Source of the DNA: a bacterium
Lineage (GTDB): Bacteria > UBP15 > UBA6099 > JBFMBQ01
Assembly (NCBI GenBank): GCA_040752295.1
Contig: JBFMFE010000322.1
Coordinates: 1,682-65,681 of the forward strand
DNA length: 64,000 nucleotides
Direction: 5' to 3'
Below are positions 46,506 through 55,949 of the stretch, one piece after another. Every line of letters starts with the position of its first letter. Position 1 is the stretch's first letter. The position numbers and the translations under genes were made by a program. The notes below the pieces were generated by a model. The model was given only the letters and a program-made list of their open reading frames with translations. It made no database searches and was not told where the DNA came from.

Positions 46506-47420
46506 TCACAGTATCCCGAATTCCGAGAGCTCTTTTATTATTTCGCTCACAGCCGCGTCGTGGAGCGGCTCCAACGGCTGCGACATGATCGGAGAACAGA
46601 TGCCGATAAGCGACAGGGCGACCTTCAACCCCTTCACGTAGGAACTCCAGGGCTGCCGCCCGTGCGTGTAGATACGCCTCAGCCGGTTGAAAGCCGATTG
46701 CATCTTGTCGAGGGATTTCAGGTCTCTCTTCTTCGCCGCGTTATACAGCCCCGCGAGGAACGCCGGTATGAGGTTGGACGTGCCGAGGACGCACCCGTGT
46801 GCGCCCTTGACGAGGGCTTCCGCCGCGATGCCTTCGGCGCCGCAGAACACGCGGAAGTTCCCCCGGCGTTTGAACGTCCTGATCAGCTCGGTCATCTTCG
46901 AGGCTTCCGGGCGGCTGTCTTTGACTCCGATGATCGCCGGGTCGGCGCTTAACTTTTTCAGCGTCGCCGGCGTCACGGACGACCCGCCTGTGAAAGGCGG
47001 GTTGTTGTATATCATCACCGGGAGTTCGATTTCGTCGGCGATGCGGACGAAGAATTTTTCCATCTCGCCTTCTTCGAGCGGGAAGTAGTAGGGCGGAATG
47101 ACCACGGCGGCGTCGGCTCCTGCCTTCCGCGCGGCGGCGCCGTTTTTGATCACCTGCTGGAAGTCCGTGTCGGCGATGCCGGCGAGCACCGGGACTCTTC
47201 CCCCGGTTTCCTCGACGGTCACCTCGATTACGTTTCTCCTTGTCTCGCGCGTCAGGTGCGGGAACTCGCCCGTTGTTCCGAGGGGGAAGACGCCGTGGAC
47301 GCCGCCGTCGAGGACGTAGCGCACGAGCCTGCGGAGGGCTTTTGTGTCGAGCCGGTCGGGTTTCGACAGAGGCGTGACGAGCGGCGTTATGATTCCCTCG
47401 AGCCTCTGCAGTTTTGACAT
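46506..47420 (-). CDS. DapA/NanA-family class I aldolase (dihydrodipicolinate synthase / N-acetylneuraminate lyase family)
   Basis: GIITPLVTP......GVHGVFPLGTTGEFPHLT..E and the Schiff-base lysine context IIGVKDS match the family. The start is placed at MSKLQ (47420) to avoid a 40-nt overlap with tctA. Confidence 0.8.
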   Translation of the reverse strand: MSKLQRLEGIITPLVTPLSKPDRLDTKALRRLVRYVLDGGVHGVFPLGTTGEFPHLTRETRRNVIEVTVEETGGRVPVLAGIADTDFQQVIKNGAAARKAGADAAVVIPPYYFPLEEGEMEKFFVRIADEIELPVMIYNNPPFTGGSSVTPATLKKLSADPAIIGVKDSRPEASKMTELIRTFKRRGNFRVFCGAEGIAAEALVKGAHGCVLGTSNLIPAFLAGLYNAAKKRDLKSLDKMQSAFNRLRRIYTHGRQPWSSYVKGLKVALSLIGICSPIMSQPLEPLHDAAVSEIIKELSEFGIL

Positions 47421-47424
47421 GTAC

Positions 47425-48900
47425 CTATGATATACGCTTCCGTTTCTTTTGCCAATCCTGAACAAGGGGGAGGACGAGCGAAAGGACGGCGAGGGCGATG
47501 AAGACCGCGGCGATGGGGCTGGCGATCATTCCGGCGACGTCGCCGGGGTGCGCGCGGAGGGCGTTGCGGAGGTTTTCCTCGGCGATGGGACCGAGGATCA
47601 CGCCGAGGACGAGGGGTCCCATCGGGAAGCCCTGGAGTCTGAGCAGGTAGCCGGCGACCCCCGCGGCAAGCATGAGGGTGACGGAAAACATGGTGTTGGT
47701 CATGGAGAACGAGCCGACGACGCAGAGCACGACGACGAGCGGCCAGAGGAAATGGCGCGGGATGTTAACGGCTCGCGCGAAGAGCGGGGCGCCGATCAGG
47801 CGTATGGGCAGGACTAACAGGTTGGTGATCAGCAGACCGGCGAAGAGCGCGTTCACGAAACCGGCGTTCTCCTCGAAGAGGCGCGGCCCCGGACGCAGTC
47901 CGTGAACGATGAGCGCGCCCAGCAGGATCGCCGTCACCGAGTCGCCGGGGATGCCGAGCGTGAGCATCGGGATCATCGCGCCGCCGGTGACGGCGTTGTT
48001 CGCGGTCTCGGCGGCGGCGACTCCCTCGATTGAACCGCTTCCGAATTCCTCGGGCTTCTTCGAAATTTTCCTTGCCTGGTCGTACGCCATGAAGGAGGCG
48101 ATGTCGCCGCCCGCGCCGGGGATCGCCCCCACGAGCGTGCCGATGGCGCTGGAAAGCGAGATCGCAGGGACGAGGCGCTTGAGATCGGCAGGACCGGGGA
48201 AGACGTTTCTTATCCCTTCCGCGACCCCGGCATTGCCGCGCGGCGCGCCCGCCTGAATCAGCGCCTCGGACATCGCGAAAACCCCGATGAGCAATGGAAT
48301 GTACGAAATCCCCTCGTACAGGTCAGGTTCCCCGAAGGTGAATCTCGGGTAAGCGTCGATCGGGTCGAAACCGACGGTTGATATGAACATGCCGGCGGCG
48401 CCCATTATCAGTCCCTTCGTGAGTGAGCCTTCGGACACGCCTGCGATGATGCTCAGCCCGAAGAGGGCGAGGGCGAACATTTCGAAGTAGCCTATCCTGA
48501 GGGCGAAGCCGGCGATCTGCGCCGCGACGAGGGCGAGGACGATCGCGCTTGCGACGCCGCCGCACGTCGAGGCGATGGCGGATACGTTCAGGGCGAGCGA
48601 GGCTTTGCCCTGCTGCGCCAGAGGGTAGCCGTCGAAGCACGTCGCGGCGGCGGCGGGTGTGCCGGGCGTGTGGATCAGTATCGCCGAGATGGCGCCGCCG
48701 TGCATCGTCCCGATGTATACACCCACCAGCATCATGAGTCCGGGCATGGGATCGAGCGCGAAGGTGAACGGCACGAGGAGTGCGACGGACATTGTGGCGG
48801 TCAGCCCGGGGAGCGCGCCGGCGACGATGCCGCCGACAAGCCCCGCAAGCATGAGCGCCGTGGTCTGAAGCGTGAGTACCGATGAGAGGGCTTCGAGCAT
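47425..48900 (-). CDS. tctA: tripartite tricarboxylate transporter, large permease TctA
   Basis: 491 aa. LAGLVGGIVAGALPGLTATMSVALLVPFTF and the repeated GxxxG-rich TM pattern are typical of TctA (DUF112). Confidence 0.9.
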   Translation of the reverse strand: MLEALSSVLTLQTTALMLAGLVGGIVAGALPGLTATMSVALLVPFTFALDPMPGLMMLVGVYIGTMHGGAISAILIHTPGTPAAAATCFDGYPLAQQGKASLALNVSAIASTCGGVASAIVLALVAAQIAGFALRIGYFEMFALALFGLSIIAGVSEGSLTKGLIMGAAGMFISTVGFDPIDAYPRFTFGEPDLYEGISYIPLLIGVFAMSEALIQAGAPRGNAGVAEGIRNVFPGPADLKRLVPAISLSSAIGTLVGAIPGAGGDIASFMAYDQARKISKKPEEFGSGSIEGVAAAETANNAVTGGAMIPMLTLGIPGDSVTAILLGALIVHGLRPGPRLFEENAGFVNALFAGLLITNLLVLPIRLIGAPLFARAVNIPRHFLWPLVVVLCVVGSFSMTNTMFSVTLMLAAGVAGYLLRLQGFPMGPLVLGVILGPIAEENLRNALRAHPGDVAGMIASPIAAVFIALAVLSLVLPLVQDWQKKRKRIS

Positions 48901-48943
48901 GTTTCCGGTGAGTGCTCCGTGCAGTCTCCCGGCGAGCGCCTCC

Positions 48944-49402
48944 CTAATAGCCGAAAGGCAGCGGTTGAAGCGGCACTTTCAGGAGGGCGCCGAAGAACAG
49001 GTATACGCCAATCGCCCCGGCGGCGGAAAACGCTAAGTTCCCGATGGGCTTCTCCCCCCTCATCCATTGCGTGGAAACGAAGAGAAACAGGGTGGTTGAA
49101 GGCAGGAACCCGAGGGGGTTCATCGCCATGACGTACGCGATCGCGAGGAGGAGGAACAGGACGGGGGAGAACGGGGCGGCGGTTTTTTCACCGCCCCCTT
49201 CGTCGGGGCGTTTACGTGAGAGAATCGTCTGCAGCAGGAGCGCCGCGCCGAGCGCGCCGAGGAAAATGCCGATCAGGCGTGGAAAAAAGGAGGGACCCGG
49301 CGTCCCCTCAGTTCCCGCCGGCATGAGGGAAGCTTCCCGCAGCGCCCAGACCGATAAAGCGATGAAAAGCAGCGCCGTGGTTGATTGTGCCGCCTTTTTC
49401 AT
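48944..49402 (-). CDS. tctB: tripartite tricarboxylate transporter, small permease TctB
   Basis: 152 aa with 4 TM segments. The position between tctC and tctA is canonical. Confidence 0.7.
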   Translation of the reverse strand: MKKAAQSTTALLFIALSVWALREASLMPAGTEGTPGPSFFPRLIGIFLGALGAALLLQTILSRKRPDEGGGEKTAAPFSPVLFLLLAIAYVMAMNPLGFLPSTTLFLFVSTQWMRGEKPIGNLAFSAAGAIGVYLFFGALLKVPLQPLPFGY

Positions 49403-49446
49403 GCCGCCCGGGTGGTTCCGCCCTCTTTCCGGGGTCTGACGTAGCG

Positions 49447-50439
49447 CTATCTGATCTCAAGCTTTTCGATTGTTTTCCTGAAACCCTCGCTCTGCTCCCT
49501 GACGAAGGCGAGGAAATCCTCGCCATCGAGCCAGCCGAGCCGGACGCTCTGGTTTTTCATCTTTTTCTGGAATTCGGGGTTGTCGTATGCCTTTCTGAAA
49601 CCCTCTATCAGCGTTTTTTTCACCGTCTCGGGCGTTCCTTTCGGCGCCGCCATGCCGCCCCACGCGCCGACGCTCACGGCGCTGCCGGTTTCGGCGGCGG
49701 CGGGCACGTCGGGGAAGTTGGGGTCGCGTTCTTCGTCAAGGACGGCGAGCATACGGAGTTTTCCCGCCTCGACGTTGGTCTGGACCTCGGCGGGGGCGAC
49801 GGTCACGGCGTCTATGTGCCCTCCGAGGAGCGATTTGACCGCGGGCGCCGCGCCCTTGTGCGGGATGTGGAGAAAATCGGTCCCGAGGCTCTGCTCCAGC
49901 CGTGCGGCGGCAAGGTGCCATATTGAAAAGGCGCCCGAGTTGCCGACTCTTATCCTGCCGGGATTCGCAGCGGCGTAAGCGGCGAAGTCGCGGAAGCTTT
50001 TCCACGGCGCGCCGGAGTTCACCGTTAGGGCGGCGGGTGTGTGGTTGATGCGGAAGAGGAGGTCGAAGTCATCGTACGAGACGGGGGCGAGTCCGCGGTG
50101 GGGGAGGATGGCGATTTCGACGACCACGTACGTGACGGTGTAGCCGTCGGGCTTCGCTTTCGCCCCGGCGCTCATGCCCACCGCCCCCGCCCCGCCCGTC
50201 TTGTTGACCACGATTACGGGGACGCCGAGTTCCTTTTCGGCGTAGTACGATATGGTGCGCGTCACGAGGTCGGAGGTTCCCCCCGGCGCGGGAGGGCAGA
50301 TGACCGTGATGGGTTTCGACGGAAACTTTTTTTCCTTACGGGAACAGCCCGCGGGTAGGAGTAGTGCGGCGGCGGCGGCAACAGGGAGAAGCAGCGCTGC
50401 GGTTCGTCGTCGCGTGCGGATCACGTCCTTGGGCGTCAT
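49447..50439 (-). CDS. tctC: tripartite tricarboxylate transporter substrate-binding protein TctC (Bug family), lipoprotein
   Basis: Lipobox LLLPAGCS. PITVICPPAPGGTSDLVTR...NKTGGAGAVG...PDGYT are Bug/TctC family blocks. Confidence 0.85.
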   Translation of the reverse strand: MTPKDVIRTRRRTAALLLPVAAAAALLLPAGCSRKEKKFPSKPITVICPPAPGGTSDLVTRTISYYAEKELGVPVIVVNKTGGAGAVGMSAGAKAKPDGYTVTYVVVEIAILPHRGLAPVSYDDFDLLFRINHTPAALTVNSGAPWKSFRDFAAYAAANPGRIRVGNSGAFSIWHLAAARLEQSLGTDFLHIPHKGAAPAVKSLLGGHIDAVTVAPAEVQTNVEAGKLRMLAVLDEERDPNFPDVPAAAETGSAVSVGAWGGMAAPKGTPETVKKTLIEGFRKAYDNPEFQKKMKNQSVRLGWLDGEDFLAFVREQSEGFRKTIEKLEIR

Positions 50440-51548
50440 TTTTTATAGGGTTTTTGCATGATCCACTCTTTATTGAAAGCGGCGTGCTTGATGTTCGTCC
50501 GCTTGTAGGTGTAGGTGACGTGGATGACGCCGTCCCTCGATTGAATCAGCGAGGGATACGAGAACTCGCCGAACGTTTTTTCGAGGTCGCGCTTGAACGT
50601 CCAGGTTTTTCCCTCGTCGGTGGAAAGCGCGGCGGAGAGGGGCGTCCGGTCGTAGAACGAATCGTTGTAGATGAGGACGAGGCTCCCGTCGCGCAGGCGC
50701 GCGAGGTCTACCGCGGCGTTCGGGTTTGGGAAGGCGGTCGGCTCCGGGCTGCTCCATTTTTCGCCGCCGTCGGTGGAGACGGTTTTCATGATGAAGCCTT
50801 CTTTTGCGCCGGTCCTCATGTAGGCGAGAATGGCGCCGTCCGAGAGCTGGACGCTGGAAGGTTGAATTATGCCCCCGCCAGCCCTGAGGTTGATGCCGGT
50901 TTTCTTCCAGGTTTTTCCGCCGTCGGTCGTGAGGATGAAGCCGGGCGTGAACAGCACCTCGTTGTAGATGGGAAGTATGAACGTCCCGTCGTTGAGTATC
51001 AGCGGGTGGTTGCGTGTCATCCATCCCTTCTGCCCGATGAGCGTGTTTTCGCCGCTCCACGTTTTCCCCTCATCGTCGGACGTGCGGTAGTGCACCTTGC
51101 AGTCGTTCCATGTGCTGCCGTACATCACGACGTAGAAGAACCAGACCCTGCCGTCGCCGTCGGCGAAGAGAACGGGATTGCCCTCGGAAAGCCCCGGCGC
51201 GTCGTGCAGGATTTCGGGACTGGACCATTTCTCCGCGCCGGGCGCGAGGCGCGAGCAGAAGATGGCGACGTCGGTCGCCTTTTCCGCCGCCCCCGCGTAC
51301 CATGCGGCGAAAAGCGCGCCGCCGGGCAGCTCCGTTACCGTGGAGCCGTGACACGAGGGGTAGCCGGGGATCTCGTCGAATATCAACTGCTCTTTGAAAA
51401 ACGGCTTATCCATCGCGCCTTCCTCCCCGGCGAACGTCGGCGCGGCGGGCAGACGCCCCGTCAGAGCGGCGAGCAGGAAAAGAAAGCCTGCGAATCGTGC
51501 CGTCCACGTGTTCATCAGCGCCATCACGTCCGGTTCGATGCGGTTCAC
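50436..51548 (-). CDS. BNR-repeat (sialidase/neuraminidase-like, GH33-like) secreted protein
   Basis: Four Asp-box BNR motifs: TSDDEGKTW, TTDGGKTW, STDGGEKW and STDEGKTW. There is a signal peptide, and the start may be at 51515 (MNTWTARFAGFLFLLAALTG). It overlaps the tctC start by 4 nt. Confidence 0.7.
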   Translation of the reverse strand: MNRIEPDVMALMNTWTARFAGFLFLLAALTGRLPAAPTFAGEEGAMDKPFFKEQLIFDEIPGYPSCHGSTVTELPGGALFAAWYAGAAEKATDVAIFCSRLAPGAEKWSSPEILHDAPGLSEGNPVLFADGDGRVWFFYVVMYGSTWNDCKVHYRTSDDEGKTWSGENTLIGQKGWMTRNHPLILNDGTFILPIYNEVLFTPGFILTTDGGKTWKKTGINLRAGGGIIQPSSVQLSDGAILAYMRTGAKEGFIMKTVSTDGGEKWSSPEPTAFPNPNAAVDLARLRDGSLVLIYNDSFYDRTPLSAALSTDEGKTWTFKRDLEKTFGEFSYPSLIQSRDGVIHVTYTYKRTNIKHAAFNKEWIMQKPYKK

Positions 51549-51579
51549 AATTATATCAGAAAGCCGGTTTGAATCGCCG

Positions 51580-52731
51580 TCACTTTTTTTCTTCCGTTTC
51601 CGCGAGGAAAGCGGGTTCCAGCGGGAACAGGATGCGCACGTGGGTGACGTCCGCGAGGGCGTCGTCCACGCGCCCCTTCACCTCCGGCATACGCTGCCAT
51701 TTCCCCCCCTCGATGCGCACCTGGACGATGTACATGTCGAGCATCTCCTCGATGGTCCTCCCCGAGGTTCCCATCGGGAAGTAAACGGGGCGCAGGTACA
51801 GGGAAAAAAGCGGCGCCGCGCCCTCTGTCGAGGGGGCTTCCACCGACGTGGGACCCACGACCATCCACTGCGTCAGCAGACGGGCGTTTTTCATCTCGGG
51901 ACTCATGGCGTGATTCTCGGGGATGATCTGGAATCCGCCGACTTCGCCCGGTGGCGACGTGGACACGCAGATGACGCCCGTGTGGTTCGCGCGGATGCGC
52001 CCGACGTCGGCGTAAAGCGAACCCGCGAACCGCCCGACGCCGGCGACCGGCTTGAGCACCATCCCGATCACCCTCGCGCCGCCCCCGGCGTAGCGCACAA
52101 GTATGCGCCCGCCGAAGCGGTTCTCGAAGACGATTTCCGACGGGAGCCGGACCGGGCGCAGCACCTTTATCTGGATCGTGTCCCCCTCGCGCGGCTGGTA
52201 CAGCGCCGGGATCGGAACCCATTTGCCCCCGTCCTTTAAGAAGACGGGGTTTCCGACGAACGGCGATAACCCGCCGCCGAATATCCCGGTCCCGGCAGGA
52301 ATGTCGGTCATTATCGAGGACGAGGCGCTGTAGTAGGATTTGTAATCCGCGGGTTTTTCGTACATTTCCGCGGGCAGTATGCTGAGAACGGCGCCCCGGT
52401 CGCCGGACTGCCGAACCTTGACGTGGACCGCGTTGACGGCGACGGCAGCCACGGACCGCTGCCACGCCCACCCGCTCGCGGTGTAGCCGCTCTCGTTCAA
52501 CCGCCCCGCCGCGGCGAGGACTGTGCCCGCTCGCTTCGTTTCCCCGCTCCGCTTGACGTAAACCCCGCCTCCCGCCCGGTTTTCGATCACGATGCTGAAC
52601 AGTTCCTCCAGCGCGGGATAGTTCTCTTCCGCCGCAGCCTCCGGCGCGCCGCGCGCGTTTTCGAGAACGGCGAACGACGCGGCGGAACACAGGACGCAGA
52701 GGACGGCGACCGCGGCGCACGCTGTCTTCAT
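51580..52731 (-). CDS. secreted hypothetical protein
   Basis: The start is placed at MKTACAAVAVLCVLCSAASFA (ATG 52731). 383 aa with no recognised motif. It lies in an operon with the sialidase-like gene. Confidence 0.5.
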   Translation of the reverse strand: MKTACAAVAVLCVLCSAASFAVLENARGAPEAAAEENYPALEELFSIVIENRAGGGVYVKRSGETKRAGTVLAAAGRLNESGYTASGWAWQRSVAAVAVNAVHVKVRQSGDRGAVLSILPAEMYEKPADYKSYYSASSSIMTDIPAGTGIFGGGLSPFVGNPVFLKDGGKWVPIPALYQPREGDTIQIKVLRPVRLPSEIVFENRFGGRILVRYAGGGARVIGMVLKPVAGVGRFAGSLYADVGRIRANHTGVICVSTSPPGEVGGFQIIPENHAMSPEMKNARLLTQWMVVGPTSVEAPSTEGAAPLFSLYLRPVYFPMGTSGRTIEEMLDMYIVQVRIEGGKWQRMPEVKGRVDDALADVTHVRILFPLEPAFLAETEEKK

Positions 52732-52902
52732 TTCACGTCCTTTGCCGTTTCGCCGTCGTTCCGTCTCCGGTTTTTCCATTTCAGCGCGGATTTTCCGCGT
52801 TTCTTCAGGGTTGCGTGTGGTTTTCTTTCCGGCGTCGTCCATCCGACCCGAACCGCCGGTGATTATCCCGTGCGTGGTTTTCGCTTTCGGTCCGTCGGCG
52901 CT

Positions 52903-54246
52903 CTACAGAAACATGGCGCCCGCGACCAGCAGCCCCGCCGCCGCCAGTCCCCACATGTACGGGAGGGTTTTGCGCGTGAACACCATCACGTCCTTTCCGA
53001 GGTATCCCGCGAGCCAGGCGTTGTGCGTGTTCGTGGGGTCGCTCACGCCCTGGATCATTCCCACCGAGAGCAGGGCGCCCATGATCGCCGCCGGGGGTAG
53101 CGTGCCGGTGGCGAGCATGACCCCGGCAAGCCCCGCGCCCATACCGTATATGTTGAGCGGTCCCCGGTAGAGCGCGAGGGGAGCGAGAAGCGAGAACACG
53201 GCGACGTATCCCGGGAGGGTCTGCGGCATGGCGCGTTTCAGTATCGGTTCCATGAAGCCGCCGACGGCGGGGTGAGTCACGGCGTTCAGGATCATGCCGA
53301 TGCCGACGAGGAGGGCGATGGCGGGCGCCGACGCGGAGACGCCCTCGATGGCGCACCTCGTCAGCCGCTGCACGTTCCCGCCGTCGGTCCTGAACGTCGT
53401 GACGACCCCGAAGACTATCCCGGCGAAGAGCGCCGCGTTTATGGGAAAATAGTACGGGTTCGGGGGTTTTTCGAGGAGGTTGTAAACGTTGAACGGCACG
53501 AGGAGAAGGATCGGGACGACGGGGGTGAGAAGCGCGAGCGGGTTAAGGCGCGGCGGTTCCTCGACCGGTCCGGTCATCGCCCAGAACGATGACACCCCCC
53601 GGCGCAGGTTGACGATCAGGAACAGAGATGCGACGGCGGCGAAGACCGCCCCGAACACCGCCGCGAAACGGAACACCTCCGCCTGCGTCAGCCCGAGCAC
53701 GCCGATGTAGACCGCCCAGTTCGCCGGGTTGAAAGTCCCCCCCAGGCTGAGTCCGAGCAGAAACAGGCACCCCGCAGCCTCCGCGCCCACTCCCGCCGAA
53801 AGCATTATCGGCATCACGAGCGTCGCCACCATGATCACCGCGCCCAGCCCCCCCAGCGTCGTGAAAAGCACCGCTGTGGCGCCCGTGAGAAGGAAGCAGA
53901 CCGCGACCGGGCTGTCGCCGCCCAGCTCCGAAGCCCATCGTATCATCGCCTTCGATACGCCGGACGCCTTCAGCAGTTCCGCCAGGACGGCGCCGAGGAT
54001 TATCGTCACCATCACGTTCGCCAGACGCACCGTCCCTTCGGCGATCACGACGCCGAAGAAGTCCTTCGCGAGAACCACGGCGTGGGACCCCGGATAGACC
54101 GGTCGGACGCCGTAGTGGAATATTCCCCCGGCGATGAAGAGCGCCGCCGCCATGAGGGGCAGCGCGATGAGCGCCGGAAGTTTCCCGAGGTACATCAGCG
54201 CCGCGAACGCGAGGAACACGGCGACCAGAGCGAGTCCTATCATCAT
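52903..54246 (-). CDS. ion-transporter-superfamily permease (GntP/CitMHS/DctM-like, ~12-14 TM)
   Basis: The 447-aa ORF is hydrophobic and Gly-rich throughout. Assignment to a specific family is uncertain. Confidence 0.55.
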   Translation of the reverse strand: MMIGLALVAVFLAFAALMYLGKLPALIALPLMAAALFIAGGIFHYGVRPVYPGSHAVVLAKDFFGVVIAEGTVRLANVMVTIILGAVLAELLKASGVSKAMIRWASELGGDSPVAVCFLLTGATAVLFTTLGGLGAVIMVATLVMPIMLSAGVGAEAAGCLFLLGLSLGGTFNPANWAVYIGVLGLTQAEVFRFAAVFGAVFAAVASLFLIVNLRRGVSSFWAMTGPVEEPPRLNPLALLTPVVPILLLVPFNVYNLLEKPPNPYYFPINAALFAGIVFGVVTTFRTDGGNVQRLTRCAIEGVSASAPAIALLVGIGMILNAVTHPAVGGFMEPILKRAMPQTLPGYVAVFSLLAPLALYRGPLNIYGMGAGLAGVMLATGTLPPAAIMGALLSVGMIQGVSDPTNTHNAWLAGYLGKDVMVFTRKTLPYMWGLAAAGLLVAGAMFL

Positions 54247-54259
54247 GCGGGTGTGCCTT

Positions 54260-55657
54260 TCACCGGGCGCTTCCGCGGGTTTCCGGCGGGGCGTTTTTAA
54301 CGTGGGAATGCCACTGCGGCTTTCGGGGCGCGTCCGTCCCGGCGCCGGGGGCGCTCCCCGTCCGCTGCGGGTTTTTCCGCACGATCACCCTGTTTATCCT
54401 GCGCTTGTTCATGCTCTCGACGGTGAAAGTCATGTCTTTGAACACGACGCTTTCCCCCGGTTTGGGGACCTTTCCGAGCGTCGTGAATATGAAGCCGCCG
54501 AGGGTGTCGAAATCTTCGCTCTCGGGAAGGCGCGATTCGAGTACGTCGTTGAGTTCGGAGACGGGAATCCGTGCGTTGACGTGGAGCGTGTTTTCGTCAA
54601 TCCAGCGGTACAGGGGTTCCTCGGTGTCGTATTCGTCCCTGATTTCGCCCACGATTTCTTCGAGCAGGTCTTCGAGTGTGACAAGCCCGCTCGTGACACC
54701 GTGTTCGTCCACGACGATCGCCATGTGGACGCGCCTCTTCTGGAATTTCCTGAGAAGGTCGTCAATCTTTTTCGTTTCGGGCACGAAGTAAGGCTCGCGC
54801 ATGACGGCGTCCACCGACTCGTCCGCTCTGCCCTCGATCAGGGCGCGTATGAGGTCTTTGGAGTTGACGATCCCCACTATGTTCTCGAGCGTGCCGCTGT
54901 AGATGGGGACCCTCGAGTGCCCCACGTTTTCGACGAACGAAGCCATCTTCCCGATGGTGATTTCCCTGGGCGCGCACGCCATGTCGGGTCTGGGCACCAT
55001 GACCTCTTTCACGTAGGTGTCGCCGAACTCGAATATGCTGTGGATCATCTCCCGCTCGTCCTTCTCGATCACGCCCTCCTCTTCGCCGGTGGTTACCATG
55101 CCGAGGATTTCCGCCTCCGTGACGAACGGTCCCTCGCGCGCGGGCTTCCCGCCGAACAGCCTGATGATCCGGTTGCTGGCTGTCATCATGATCCACGTGA
55201 AGGGGGTTATCAGCCGGTCCACGAGCACGAGGGGTCTGATCGCCGCCATGGAGTACCGCTCCGGGTTGTGCACGGCGAGTATCTTCGGGATGATCTCCCC
55301 GAACGTGATGAACACCACCGCCACCGTCATGATGCTTATGGTCGGCTCCACCCACCCGGGAGGGCGCAGGTCGTGCGCGGAAACGACTGAATGGACGATC
55401 TTCGTCATGACCCACTCGGCGCTGATCGCGACGAAGTTGATGCCGATCAGCATCGTGGTGAGCAGCTTGTTGGGGTTGTCCAGCCAGAGCTTAATCGCGC
55501 CCTCGCGCCGGTGGTCCTTCCTCGCGATCTCCTTGAGCCTGTGGCGGCTCATCGCCACGAGCGCCGTCTCGACCGAGGAAAAGAACGCGCCGCTCAGAAA
55601 CAGGCACACCAGTATTACGACGAGGTAAAAAGGAATCGTTTCCAAACCTGTGATCAA
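54260..55657 (-). CDS. HlyC/CorC-family transporter (DUF21/CNNM membrane domain + CBS pair + CorC_HlyC domain)
   Basis: N-terminal four-TM DUF21 with SSVETALVAMSRHRL. CBS pair (VMVPRPDM...; VPIYSGTLENIVGIVNSKDL; MAIVVDEHGVTSGLVTLEDLLEEIVGEI). C-terminal transporter-associated domain. Confidence 0.85.
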   Translation of the reverse strand: MITGLETIPFYLVVILVCLFLSGAFFSSVETALVAMSRHRLKEIARKDHRREGAIKLWLDNPNKLLTTMLIGINFVAISAEWVMTKIVHSVVSAHDLRPPGWVEPTISIMTVAVVFITFGEIIPKILAVHNPERYSMAAIRPLVLVDRLITPFTWIMMTASNRIIRLFGGKPAREGPFVTEAEILGMVTTGEEEGVIEKDEREMIHSIFEFGDTYVKEVMVPRPDMACAPREITIGKMASFVENVGHSRVPIYSGTLENIVGIVNSKDLIRALIEGRADESVDAVMREPYFVPETKKIDDLLRKFQKRRVHMAIVVDEHGVTSGLVTLEDLLEEIVGEIRDEYDTEEPLYRWIDENTLHVNARIPVSELNDVLESRLPESEDFDTLGGFIFTTLGKVPKPGESVVFKDMTFTVESMNKRRINRVIVRKNPQRTGSAPGAGTDAPRKPQWHSHVKNAPPETRGSAR

Positions 55658-55833
55658 CAGTGAATATAACCCATCCCCCGCGGGAATGTCAAATCGGGGC
55701 GGTCCGGCGCGGCGGGCGGCGCGGAACCTGTCTCGCTGCTTCGGCGCTTTACCGGCAGCGGTCTTTCCCGCCGCCCTTCAGGTCAGTCCCCTGTAAGCGT
55801 TGACTTTAAGAGCCATACCGATATATTGCAAAA

Positions 55834-55928
55834 ACGAATGTCGAATAACGAATTTCGAATTATGAAGTCCTCCTTCGTCTCCGTTGTCCTTCGACATTCT
55901 GCGGTTCCTTGTTCGATATTCGATGTTC
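55834..55928. repeat. palindromic repeat element copy B (ACGAATGTCGAATAACGAA ... CTTCGACATTCTGCGGTTCC TTGTTCGATATTCGATGTTC)
   Basis: It shares the CGAATGTCGAATA(T/A)CGAA arm, the CCGCGGAAT(A/G)TCGAAGG inner arm (present here in inverted orientation) and the CTTGTTCG(A/T)TATTCGAT arm with copy A at 36591..36688. It sits upstream of the corC-to-dapA-like operon. Confidence 0.5.
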
Positions 55929-55949
55929 TGTTAAGTTAACGCTTATGGG

